Below, one piece after another: positions 38,291 to 49,557 of a stretch of 64,000 bases of DNA. The DNA is from Chloroflexota bacterium. GTDB lineage: Bacteria; Chloroflexota; UBA11872; UBA12225. The first letter of the stretch is position 1. Each line of letters begins with the position of its first letter. A program made the position numbers and the translations under genes. A model generated the notes under the pieces. That model was not told the origin of the DNA. It did no database searches and saw only the letters and a program-made list of their open reading frames with translations. Where the stretch lies: the NCBI GenBank assembly GCA_009693165.1, contig SHXX01000001.1, positions 7,248 to 71,247 on the forward strand. The letters run 5' to 3'.

Positions 38291-39205
38291 ATGCGCGATC
38301 TCCTGGAGCGCCATCGTGAGCGGACTGCCAAGGTCGACTGGGCGTACCATGAGTTCCTTCCCCTGAAGGAATTGCGTGCCAATCCGGACTTCTTGCCGAA
38401 ACTGTCGCCGACCGTCTACCTGGCAGTCGAGACGGCGCTCTTTACCGAGGTCAATCTTCCTTGGTTCACCAGTGGCCTGACCCAGATCTTCAAGGGTTCA
38501 CTGGCGCCCATGCAGGAGTTCATCCACGACTGGACTTCCGAGGAAGACCAACACGGGATGCTCCTGGAGACCTACCTCCTCCTTGGAGACAATGGCGATC
38601 ACCGCGAGCGGTCAAGGCTGCGGAAGCAGATCGTCCGGGTCGGGTGGGAACCGCACGTCGAGGATCACTTCCAGGCGATTGCCTACACGGCAATGCAGGA
38701 GTTGGCCACCCAGGTGTTCTACCTCCGTGTGGCGCATTTCTGCCAGGACGAGGATGCGCTTTTGGCGCGCGCCCTGCGACGCCTTGCGCGTGACGAAGTC
38801 CTTCACATGGCGTTCTACCGCGACGCAGTGAAGGCACACCTTGAAGTTGAACCGGATTACGTCGAGCCTCTCGTGAAGATCATGCTTGAGTTCGCGATGC
38901 CAGGTGCCGGGATGAAGGATTACGCCACCCGTTCCGCAATCTTGGCACGGCAGGGTGTCTATGGTCCGGATCACTACTTCAACCTTGTCGTGGACAAGTT
39001 GTGGAAGGAATGGGACATCCCCGGACTGATGCCCAAGGCCGAGACAGCTCGCGATGCGCAGCGGAAGATCATCGCGCAGCACGAGAAACTCGGGCGCATC
39101 GCTGCCCGGTATGCGGTCCGTGCTGCCCCCGGCACCCGTGAGAAGGACGCCGCGCGGATTGCCCTGCAGCAGCAGGAAGAGATGCTGGCTGTTGCCGAGG
39201 ACTAG
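38291..39205 (+). CDS. Acyl-ACP desaturase (soluble di-iron fatty acid desaturase family)
   Basis: Di-iron ligand motifs WTSEEDQHG and LARDEVLHMAFY (E/D-E-x-x-H twice). Start set at ATG 38291 (ORF open from 38102). Confidence 0.8.
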   Translation: MRDLLERHRERTAKVDWAYHEFLPLKELRANPDFLPKLSPTVYLAVETALFTEVNLPWFTSGLTQIFKGSLAPMQEFIHDWTSEEDQHGMLLETYLLLGDNGDHRERSRLRKQIVRVGWEPHVEDHFQAIAYTAMQELATQVFYLRVAHFCQDEDALLARALRRLARDEVLHMAFYRDAVKAHLEVEPDYVEPLVKIMLEFAMPGAGMKDYATRSAILARQGVYGPDHYFNLVVDKLWKEWDIPGLMPKAETARDAQRKIIAQHEKLGRIAARYAVRAAPGTREKDAARIALQQQEEMLAVAED

Positions 39206-39210
39206 CAGAA

Positions 39211-39239
39211 GTTCCCCTCACTGGGTCAGTGAGGGGAAC
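39211..39239. terminator. Perfect hairpin between convergent desaturase and yyaL-like genes (bidirectional terminator candidate)
   Basis: gttcccctcact-gggtc-agtgaggggaac: 12-bp perfect stem with a 5-nt loop. Confidence 0.6.
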
Positions 39240-39245
39240 ACAGTT

Positions 39246-41360
<2,115 letters not shown>

Positions 41361-41534
41361 GTTGCACCTCCGCGCAAAGGATACGCGGTTGTCCTGACGA
41401 CGAATAACCTGTTGTCAGCACCACGATGAGGTGGAGCCCGAGATTAGGCTGGCCTCGGGTTCGGTTGGCGCCACTGACCCGTGGGGGACCCAGCCACCAT
41501 TAGCCTCAGCGTCGAGAAAGCCCCGCCAGCCCTG

Positions 41535-42254
41535 TCACACCGCGTATGCGCGGCGCACCATGCCTTCTATGTGTGAAGCAACCTCGGTCACCTGACGGTT
41601 GGCACGCAATTTCTGATATCGCGACGAACGCCAGAAGAGTGCCAGACTGAAACGGTGACACAAGTCGAGTACAAGCCGTCCGAGCGCCGGACGGAGACCT
41701 GGTCGGCGGAGTGCTTCGCTCTCCGAACCATAGGCATAACGGGGTGCCAGTTCCAAGTGTCCATCAAGAATCGCCTGTGTGAGGAAGGCGGCGACGGCCG
41801 CGTTTCGCCGCGATGTCCGTGTTTCGTCCTGCGGGGCGCGTCCATCCATGTAGGCGAGGTGACTGGTGAACGCCTTTTCGGTCCCTGAGGACGCCGGCGC
41901 CGGGCCGAATGCCGCCGACCAGATTGGCTTGAGAACACTCCGGGCGCGAACATCCAGGTTCTCAACCATTGCGCGCGCCAGAAGGTGGGCAAACAGGTCC
42001 AGACGTTCGTCAGCGGAGAGCCGTGCGGAGACGGTGATCTCGGCGCCACGGGGCGAGGCGATCAGGAACCCCTTGAGATCCTCCATCGACGGGGTCGTCT
42101 CGCAGTGCACACCGCCTTCTTCAAGCAATTTCTGGACAATCCACGCAATCTCCGAGGGCTTGGTCTCACCACTTCCCAACTGCGAGCGGGCGTGTCTCAA
42201 CCCGTCGGAAATCATCCGGGCAAGCTGGCCTGGAGGGAGCATCATCGCACTCAT
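41535..42254 (-). CDS. Hypothetical protein (240 aa) translationally coupled to the upstream XRE-family gene
   Basis: ATG 42254 overlaps the XRE stop as ATGA (forward tcat at 42251-42254). The segment SADERLDLFAHLLARAMV has ImmA/IrrE-like spacing, but the HExxH motif is not intact. Confidence 0.5.
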   Translation of the reverse strand: MSAMMLPPGQLARMISDGLRHARSQLGSGETKPSEIAWIVQKLLEEGGVHCETTPSMEDLKGFLIASPRGAEITVSARLSADERLDLFAHLLARAMVENLDVRARSVLKPIWSAAFGPAPASSGTEKAFTSHLAYMDGRAPQDETRTSRRNAAVAAFLTQAILDGHLELAPRYAYGSESEALRRPGLRPALGRLVLDLCHRFSLALFWRSSRYQKLRANRQVTEVASHIEGMVRRAYAV

Positions 42255-42784
42255 CCCGATGCTTTCAAGGTCAGTCCCTCTGATTGTCGGGCGGTGCTTG
42301 CGCCTGGGTGGCAAGGCGCTCCGGCACCACCGTCAACGTGTTCATTCGCGCGCAGGCCAAGGACATGCCACAGGAGGCTTCGTCGAAATACCACTTGATC
42401 TGGTAGGGACAGGGCGCGATACCGGATGAGCAACTGGTCAAATCTCTGCAAGTCGCCGATTGACCACGGTAGGTGGAAACCAACCAGTGACATGAGGTCC
42501 ATGAACATCGGCGCTGACAGCCCTTGGCAACACAACGCCCAGCCTGCGAGGCGTTCGAGCGAGAGGGGCGCGTCCAGGATGCCTTGTTCGTACCGTGAGA
42601 CCATGCTTTGGGTCATCCGGTAGCCAAGGGCTTCCAAGTCAGTCGAAAGGCGTGCCTGGCTGGTCGCACCGGACTGGAGGCGCAGACCCCGGAGATACAT
42701 CCCGACCCGTTCGCGGATGGCCTGCCAGCGTGCGGTCTGGACCTCGTCTCGATCTGCCACCGGGGCGCTACCTCTTTCGTGCAT
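42251..42784 (-). CDS. XRE-family helix-turn-helix protein with ~100-aa C-terminal extension
   Basis: VGMYLRGLRLQSGATSQARLSTDLEALGYRMTQSMVSRYEQG fits the HTH_3/XRE pattern (...S.YE.G). Alternative start ATG 42700. Confidence 0.6.
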   Translation of the reverse strand: MHERGSAPVADRDEVQTARWQAIRERVGMYLRGLRLQSGATSQARLSTDLEALGYRMTQSMVSRYEQGILDAPLSLERLAGWALCCQGLSAPMFMDLMSLVGFHLPWSIGDLQRFDQLLIRYRALSLPDQVVFRRSLLWHVLGLRANEHVDGGAGAPCHPGASTARQSEGLTLKASG

Positions 42785-43243
42785 CAGTGACCGGCGTTAC
42801 CGGATTGGCCGTGCCCTGCGTTACAACCATACTACAGGGGCCGCAAATGCCGGCGTGATGCACGCGGTGCATTGCATCGGTGAAAACCGGATGCGTACAG
42901 TTTGGGAGAGCCTTGCGCTGGAAGCGTTCCGGGCGGAACGGTTTGTTCGTCCTGACCGTTTGACTGGGTTCTCGTTCAGGGAAATCATGGCCGAAGTTTA
43001 TTCAGGCCGGACTGGTTGCGGGCGATCTCCCTTGGTGCGGTGGTGGTTCGGAACACGTGGATTTCCTGTACAACCTTGTCGCGATCCGGCCGGTCTTGAC
43101 GGACAGGCATTCGGGGTAGTCAAGTGGGCATTGCAACGCGTCCTCCAACCAAATCAGTTTCGTTGAACGGCCATTCCGACGGTCATGCAGTGGGCGAAGT
43201 ATCCGTGTCGCATGCTTCATCGGATAAGGCTTCCCAAGGGATC

Positions 43244-43687
43244 ATGCGCACGCTGACTCGGACAATCCCCATACGATCATCAAGGCACACGCAGTTTGTT
43301 GATATCACTGATGAAGTGGCCGAGACAGTGTCTTCCTCAGGGGTTGTGGATGGGTTTGTAGTGGTCTACTCGCGACACACAACATCACGCATCCACATCA
43401 ACGAGCATGAACCCCTGCTCTTGCAGGACCTTGGCCTGCTCCTGGAGCGCTTGGTGCCACGCGATGCCTTCTATCATCACGACGATTTCTCGGTGCGCAC
43501 TGTCAATTTGACGCCCGGTGAGCGTGTGAACGGCCATTCCCATTGCCGGGGACTGTTCATTGGTGCCAGCGAACATATCCCGGTGACAGATGGGGTGATG
43601 ATGCTTGGCCGGTGGCAGCGGGTTTTCATGGTCGAACTTGATGGCCCGCAGACCCGCGAAGTCGCCGTGAAGGTTGTCGGCGTCTAG
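43244..43687 (+). CDS. yjbQ: YjbQ/UPF0047 family protein (secondary thiamine-phosphate synthase family)
   Basis: QFVDITDEV..., VVYSRHTTSRIHINEHEP, NGHSHCRGLFIGASEHIPV, GRWQRVFMVELDGP. Start set at ATG 43244. Confidence 0.85.
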   Translation: MRTLTRTIPIRSSRHTQFVDITDEVAETVSSSGVVDGFVVVYSRHTTSRIHINEHEPLLLQDLGLLLERLVPRDAFYHHDDFSVRTVNLTPGERVNGHSHCRGLFIGASEHIPVTDGVMMLGRWQRVFMVELDGPQTREVAVKVVGV

Positions 43688-45276
43688 AGACCGACGATTT
43701 CCCGGATTTTGGGGATATCGAGGCTAGCCCGGGCCACGGTTGCAAGCCGGTCGAGTTGGCTTTCGATTCCTGTTCCTTGCCCCCACGATGCCGGTGGCCC
43801 CAAGGTGTCGGCCCGGCGCGACAGGACTGCCGCGAGGATTGCGCGTCGGACTTGGCCGGTGTCGAAAATGCCGTGCAGGTAGGTCCCGAGGATCCAACCG
43901 GTTTCGTCGAGGCACCCGTCTCCCGTCTGGTCCCGGTCCGATGGTGTCCGGCCTTCCCGCGACGCAATCGTGAATGGGTGCGGTATCGGCGGATTGGTGT
44001 TCGCGCCGGTGGGAAGCGTCTGTCCCATGTGGATTTCGTAGCCTGTCAGGTCGGCACCGCGGACGCCTGCAAGGAGCCCCCGAGGGTCACGCACCTGGGC
44101 GCGGACGAGGCACGTTGTCTTCTCGCCCGCGAAGGCCGTGGTTACCGCCAACAGTCCGAGCCCGGCAACGCGCGTCCCCGCAGGCGCCTCGACACCATCA
44201 TTGTCCTCGACTGCCTCCCCAAGGATCTGGAAACCGCCGCAGATCCCGATGATCGGTGTGCCCAGTGCCCTGACATTTCTCGGGTGGACGAGCTCGCTGA
44301 TCCGTCCGGCAAGACCGGATGACTTCAACCATGCGAGGGCGGCGACGGTCGTCTTTGTTCCCGGGATGATGATCAGGTCTGGCGACCCCAAATCGGCTGC
44401 CCGATCAACCCAGCGAACTCGCACCCCTTCCTCGCGCTTGAGTGGATCAAGGTCGTCGAAGTTCGACATGTGGGGCAGGGCTATCGCCGCGACATCAAGG
44501 ATCGTGGTTGAGCCCGGATGCGACATGCTTGCGGCATCGAGTGCTTCCAAGGCGTTGGAGGTGCGGTCTTCTAGCGAGAGCGAATCCTCATCCGGGATTG
44601 ACAGGTCACGTAGGTAGGGCATGACGCCCACAACCGGTACTCCAGTCCTCGCTTCGAACCAGTCAAGGCCCGGACGCAGCAGCGTGGCGTCACCTCTGAA
44701 CTTGTTGATGATCACGCCTCGAACGCGTGCGCGCTCATCTGGTTCAAGCAGTTCCAGTGTTCCTACCAGGTGTGCGAAGACACCGCCGCGGTCGATGTCG
44801 CCTGCCAGGATCACTGGCGCGTCGGCCATCTTGGCAATCGCCATGTTGACCAGTTCACCATCCTTGAGGTTGATCTCGGCCGGACTACCCGCCCCTTCGA
44901 TGATCACGAGGTCATGCCTCGCCCGGAGGCGTGCAAGGCTGTCATGGATGATGCCGACCAACTCGGGTCGTCGCGACCGGTACTCGCGGAACCCCATCCG
45001 TCCCCAAACTTTCCCGGCCACGATCACTTGCGATCGGAAGTCGGCTTCGGGTTTGAGGAGAATGGGGTTCATGTCCGAGTGTGGCGGAACACCCGCAGCC
45101 ATCGCCTGAACGACCTGCGCCCTCCCCATCTCACCCCCATCCGCATCGACGAACGAGTTGAGCGACATGTTCTGGGACTTGAATGGCGCAACCCGTAACC
45201 CGTCGGCGTGGAAGACCCGGCAAAGGGCACTGACGAGAAGTGATTTTCCGACGTTGGACGCAGTGCCCTGGATCAT
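43684..45276 (-). CDS. cobQ: Cobyric acid synthase
   Basis: N-terminal LMIQGTASNVGKS P-loop-like motif and C-terminal glutamine amidotransferase segment GICGGFQILG. ORF open to 45414; ATG 45276 chosen. Confidence 0.9.
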   Translation of the reverse strand: MIQGTASNVGKSLLVSALCRVFHADGLRVAPFKSQNMSLNSFVDADGGEMGRAQVVQAMAAGVPPHSDMNPILLKPEADFRSQVIVAGKVWGRMGFREYRSRRPELVGIIHDSLARLRARHDLVIIEGAGSPAEINLKDGELVNMAIAKMADAPVILAGDIDRGGVFAHLVGTLELLEPDERARVRGVIINKFRGDATLLRPGLDWFEARTGVPVVGVMPYLRDLSIPDEDSLSLEDRTSNALEALDAASMSHPGSTTILDVAAIALPHMSNFDDLDPLKREEGVRVRWVDRAADLGSPDLIIIPGTKTTVAALAWLKSSGLAGRISELVHPRNVRALGTPIIGICGGFQILGEAVEDNDGVEAPAGTRVAGLGLLAVTTAFAGEKTTCLVRAQVRDPRGLLAGVRGADLTGYEIHMGQTLPTGANTNPPIPHPFTIASREGRTPSDRDQTGDGCLDETGWILGTYLHGIFDTGQVRRAILAAVLSRRADTLGPPASWGQGTGIESQLDRLATVARASLDIPKIREIVGL

Positions 45277-45382
45277 CAGGGTCCGCGCAATGGCCGTGCC
45301 GCTTTTAGGGTGGGGAGATGCGAGTGGGTCGCGCACGGGGCGCAGTGTACGGGAGCACCGAACAGCCTCCTCCTGGCGAGTT

Positions 45383-46234
45383 TCACACGGGAGGTGGCTG
45401 AAGCCAGCGTTCAAGAAGGGATGCTGTGATCGGACTTACGGCAATCTCGCGTTGCATGCCCGGCATCATGACCGCACTCGCGACCATTGTCCGGCGGCGG
45501 ATATGGATGATTGAAAACCCACTCCCGGTGATTGACCGAAATGTCTCTCCCGGCCAACACGGGTCGAGCGAATACGCGACGGCCGGACCAGACCAGACCG
45601 GCACTCCAGCGTACATTCCGGCCGTTGGGTGGTGCACGTGACCCGCCAGGATGCCGATGACATCCGTTCCGTAGATCGTTTCATGGAAGTCCGCCGTATC
45701 CCTGAGAAGGATGTGGTTCAACGCTTCCACGCCACCGTGGGTTGGCGGATGGTGCATCACCAGGATGGTTCCGGACTCAGCACGGATTCCGAGTTGCACG
45801 CTGAGCCAATGAAGTTGGTCGTGCCCGAGTTGCCCGTACGCCCTCCCGGGTACAAGGGTGTCGAGAATGATGATGCGTAGTGGGCCGACGGTGACGACTT
45901 CGTTGTGCCGTTCTGTCGAGGGAGGGTGCGTGAGCAGTGCGGTGCGGAAGGGTTCGCGTGCATCGTGGTTGCCTAGTGCCAACGCGACTGGAACCCCGTA
46001 CGTGTTTTGTATTTTGGACACAGCGACGGCAAACCGCTTGTAGCTCGCTGGCTCGCCATCGTTCGCCAGGTCACCCGCGAAGATGAACCCATCGGGAACG
46101 ATCCCACTTGAGGCAATCCGATCAAGGACCGCATTCAGGTTTGCAAACGTGTCTTCACCGTCCAACCGGTCATCGGGGTGAGGCTGGATGTGGGTGTCGG
46201 CGATCAGGATGAGGGTCTGGTCTGGAGCCGCCAT
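45383..46234 (-). CDS. Calcineurin-like metallophosphoesterase (CpdA/GpdQ-like) embedded in the cobalamin operon
   Basis: Motifs LIADTHI (DxH), FAGDLANDG (GDxxDxG), LGNHD, VMHHPP, AGHVHH. Confidence 0.8.
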   Translation of the reverse strand: MAAPDQTLILIADTHIQPHPDDRLDGEDTFANLNAVLDRIASSGIVPDGFIFAGDLANDGEPASYKRFAVAVSKIQNTYGVPVALALGNHDAREPFRTALLTHPPSTERHNEVVTVGPLRIIILDTLVPGRAYGQLGHDQLHWLSVQLGIRAESGTILVMHHPPTHGGVEALNHILLRDTADFHETIYGTDVIGILAGHVHHPTAGMYAGVPVWSGPAVAYSLDPCWPGETFRSITGSGFSIIHIRRRTMVASAVMMPGMQREIAVSPITASLLERWLQPPPV

Positions 46235-46254
46235 GTCTCGCCTTTCCCGTTCCG

Positions 46255-46301
46255 GGGTCGCGGTTCTGTTTCAGGGTCGCGGTTCTGTTTCAGGGTCGCG
46301 G
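46255..46301. repeat. 19-bp tandem direct repeat x2.5 in the cobT / phosphoesterase intercistronic spacer
   Basis: gggtcgcggttctgtttca at 46255-46273 and 46274-46292 (identical), then a partial gggtcgcgg at 46293-46301. Confidence 0.9.
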
Positions 46302-46322
46302 GGTACTTCGGCCCAACATGAG

Positions 46323-47444
46323 CTAAGCGGTTCCGTCAACTTCACGCGAGACGGACGCGCCTTGGAATGTGTTCATGTCGCGCAAGGTCGCGCACGCGGC
46401 GTCGAGGATCGGCATGGCTAGGAGAGCGCCGCTGCCTTCACCCAGACGCATGTCAAGATCGAGAAGGGGACGAAGTCCAAGGTGCTCAAGGGCGATCCGG
46501 TGCCCCGGTTCAGCCGACCGGTGTCCAGCGATGAGGTTTGGCGCACACGCAGGCGCGATGGCTGCGGCAACAAGGGACGCGGCGCCCGCGATGAAACCAT
46601 CGAGGACAACCGCCACACGGAGGGACGACGCGCCGAGGATGACCCCTACCATTGCCGCAATCTCAAAGCCTCCGACAGCTGCAAGTACGCCGATTGGATC
46701 ACGTGGGTCGGGCTGGTTTACCCGAAGCGCCTGACGCACGATTTCCCGCTTGTGAGCCAACTGGGTGTCATCGACACCTGTGCCGCGTCCGGTCACCAGT
46801 TCGGCGTCAGCGCCAGTCAGTGCTGCAACCAGGCAACTCGCAGCCGTCGTGTTGCCGATCCCCATTTCGCCGACTGCAACGGCATCCAGGCCTTTCGCGT
46901 GTTCAGTCTGCACCAACTCTGCCCCGAACCTGATCGCGGCCTCGGCAGCCGCTCGCGTCATCGCGGGTCCTTCGGCAATGTTCGCCGTCCCCGGTCCCTG
47001 GGTAGCCGCGACGAAACGAATGTGTGGTGCTGGGACAGGAAGATCGGTCAGTGCCGCGGCGACGCCAACATCGGCGACGACAAGACGAGTACCAGTGAGG
47101 CGCGCGAGCACGTTCACGGCAGCACCACCGGACAGGAAGTTGCGGATCATCTGGCCTGTGACAACCGAGGGATAGCGACTGACACCAGATGCGGTGACAC
47201 CGTGGTCAGCGGCGAGGGTGATGACCGCGCGGCGGTCCATCGATGGCAGGGCCCGACCTTGGATGCCAGCGAGTTGGATGGAAAGTGTTTCCAGATAACC
47301 GAGTGCACCAGCTGGTTTCGTGAGGTCAGCCTGCCGATCGCGGGCGGCTTTTGATGCCACCAAGTCCGGTTCGGGAATCCGGTCAACGATACTGCGCAAG
47401 TCATCAGGCAGTTTCGGAATGGTTGGTGGATGTGCGACCTTCAT
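46323..47444 (-). CDS. cobT: Nicotinate-nucleotide--dimethylbenzimidazole phosphoribosyltransferase
   Basis: LTKPAGALGYLE, ADHGV, and GEMGIGNTTAASCL signature segments. Confidence 0.9.
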   Translation of the reverse strand: MKVAHPPTIPKLPDDLRSIVDRIPEPDLVASKAARDRQADLTKPAGALGYLETLSIQLAGIQGRALPSMDRRAVITLAADHGVTASGVSRYPSVVTGQMIRNFLSGGAAVNVLARLTGTRLVVADVGVAAALTDLPVPAPHIRFVAATQGPGTANIAEGPAMTRAAAEAAIRFGAELVQTEHAKGLDAVAVGEMGIGNTTAASCLVAALTGADAELVTGRGTGVDDTQLAHKREIVRQALRVNQPDPRDPIGVLAAVGGFEIAAMVGVILGASSLRVAVVLDGFIAGAASLVAAAIAPACAPNLIAGHRSAEPGHRIALEHLGLRPLLDLDMRLGEGSGALLAMPILDAACATLRDMNTFQGASVSREVDGTA

Positions 47445-47490
47445 GACGGAAGCCCGTTCGGGTGACTTTGAGGCGCGGTTCGCAGGAGTG

Positions 47491-49557
47491 TCACGTCAAA
47501 CCGTGCAAGGGTAGGCATGGACCGCCGAGTGCATTGGCAATTGCTTGTGCACCGTGCAGACGCACCGCATCGGTCTCGGCGTCGATCACGATCCCGTTCC
47601 ATCCGAATGCCCGCAATTGCCGGGCGGCATTCGATGCGTCTTCGATGCCCTGACAACCGCCGGTTGCCCGACCATCAGTGATGATCCATCCGGTGTCGCG
47701 GTTCGATGTGTGGGTGGTGGCTTGCCGCGCGCCTAGTGTTCCGATCAAGCCAATGGCCTTGGCAAGCGGCGATGATCCGCCACTCTCGATGCGGGTGATC
47801 GCATCGGCTATCCGGCGGACGTCGCGGGTTGGCCGGACGGAAACCAGTGCAACACCCGCCGTACACGTCACAAGGGCGAGACGCGCACGGCGTCTGTACG
47901 CATTCTCGGCAATCGCCAATGCAACCCCTTTGGCATCGGCGAGGACAACAGGACTGCGCGCCCCGCATGCCAAGGGGGCGCCTCCAGCGCTCTTTGGAAG
48001 CCCTGGTGCACGGACACGCATGGATCCACTTGCATCCAGAAGGATTGCGTCGAGCGTTTCCGGTTGGCGGATCACCTTCCGGCCGCGGAGTGCAGCGGGT
48101 GAGGCGGGGTACGTCGTCGGATTGCCACCAACGCCGGTGGCCACTGCCATGGTGACCAGTGTTGCGAACGCGTCTGGGCGGAGGCCTGGCTGCCATGCCT
48201 GGACGGGGGATCTCGTTTGGTGGTCGCGCGCCGCGAGTGGTGCCTGCGTGCTGGAATGCGTGGACCGCATCCGATGCGACTTTTGCACGAGGGCGGAGAT
48301 GGGAAGTGCCATTGCCGTGGGGGCCACTACGGTCATGGGTCCATGCACGGTGTCCGACTGGCCGATATCTGGTCGCATCTCGCGTGACAATGTGATGGGT
48401 GCCTGACCGATCTCACGGCGCGCGCTACGGTCTGGCTGGTGGCCAATCCCGTCCCGCTCTCCCCCGCTTGTCACGGTGGCACTGGGTCGACGACTTGGCG
48501 AAACCTGACGCGATGACCCGGACAAGCCAGTGGTTTGCGATGGTTGGGCAGTCTCTCCGGACAGGTCGGGCTCTTGCGGATCTGTCTCCACGTCGGCCTG
48601 CGGTCCAGATACGTGAGCCGAACCCATTGTTCGCGTCGCGTCCGGTGACAGGTGTCGGTCGATTTCTGTTGGGTCCACGCCATAGGGATCAAGCGGCCCG
48701 CGTCGACGCCGGTGGGCGAGGGTGAATGGCGCGACCAACCGAACATCCTCGATGGTCACTTCGGACCTGCCTTCGAGAGCAGCGAGTGCCTGCGCCGCCC
48801 GGCATGTCGCCAGGTCGGCGCGCATCCCGTCGACACCGATGCCGAGACACAATCCGACAATCCGGTCCATGACGTCGTCGGGGATGGTCACTGACCCAAC
48901 CGCACCACGGGCACGGGAAAGGTTGTCCCGCAATGCGATTTCTGCCTGCTTGTACGCGTCGACAAAACCCGCCGGATCGGTATCAAATGCCATGCGCTGT
49001 CGCACGATTGCCGACCGGGTCGCCACATCGCGCACCGGCTCCACGGTGACCGACAATGCGAAACGGTCGAGAAGCTGGGGACGGAGTTCACCTTCCTCGG
49101 GGTTCATGGTGCCTGCGAGGATGAACACGGCAGGGTGCGCGTGGGAGACGCCATCGCGTTCCACGTGGTTGACACCCATCGCGGACGCATCGAGGATCAG
49201 GTCGACCAAATGGTCAGGCAAGAGGTTGACTTCGTCGATCGAGAGGATTCCACCATGCGCGCGGGCAAGCAGTCCCGGCTCGAAGCGGCGGTTACCGGTC
49301 CGGAGTGCCTCCCCCACGTCAAGTGTTCCGGTAACCCGTTCCTCCGTCGCGCCGAGAGGCAGTTCTACGAAAGGCACACCGGGTAACAAGGATGCGAGGG
49401 CCCGGACTGCGGTCGACTTCGCCGCGCCTTTTTCACCGCGGATCAGGACCCCGCCGATTCGTGGGTTCACCGCCGCCAATGTGAGCGCGAGCCTGACCGC
49501 CGGTTGCGCGAGAATGGCCGTGAAGGGAAACGCGAAGGCCTTTGCAGTCAGGTCCAT
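47491..49557 (-). CDS. Chelatase ATPase subunit, ChlI-like AAA+ domain fused to ChlD-like vWA domain (CobN partner)
   Basis: N-terminal FPFTAILAQPAVRLAL...IRGEKGAAKST (Walker A), IDEVNLL (Walker B), a long low-complexity linker, then a C-terminal vWA with LLDASGSM (MIDAS). Confidence 0.85.
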   Translation of the reverse strand: MDLTAKAFAFPFTAILAQPAVRLALTLAAVNPRIGGVLIRGEKGAAKSTAVRALASLLPGVPFVELPLGATEERVTGTLDVGEALRTGNRRFEPGLLARAHGGILSIDEVNLLPDHLVDLILDASAMGVNHVERDGVSHAHPAVFILAGTMNPEEGELRPQLLDRFALSVTVEPVRDVATRSAIVRQRMAFDTDPAGFVDAYKQAEIALRDNLSRARGAVGSVTIPDDVMDRIVGLCLGIGVDGMRADLATCRAAQALAALEGRSEVTIEDVRLVAPFTLAHRRRRGPLDPYGVDPTEIDRHLSPDATRTMGSAHVSGPQADVETDPQEPDLSGETAQPSQTTGLSGSSRQVSPSRRPSATVTSGGERDGIGHQPDRSARREIGQAPITLSREMRPDIGQSDTVHGPMTVVAPTAMALPISALVQKSHRMRSTHSSTQAPLAARDHQTRSPVQAWQPGLRPDAFATLVTMAVATGVGGNPTTYPASPAALRGRKVIRQPETLDAILLDASGSMRVRAPGLPKSAGGAPLACGARSPVVLADAKGVALAIAENAYRRRARLALVTCTAGVALVSVRPTRDVRRIADAITRIESGGSSPLAKAIGLIGTLGARQATTHTSNRDTGWIITDGRATGGCQGIEDASNAARQLRAFGWNGIVIDAETDAVRLHGAQAIANALGGPCLPLHGLT

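Noticed and set aside
42785-43243. Possible TPP riboswitch upstream of yjbQ (a thiamine-related family).
   Set aside because: I found no CUGAGA or ACCUGAUCUGGAUAAUGCCAGCG-like elements on the plus strand. The region more likely holds the promoters of the divergent XRE and yjbQ genes. The 103-149-aa plus-strand ORF here (42717/42858-43166) has no recognisable features.
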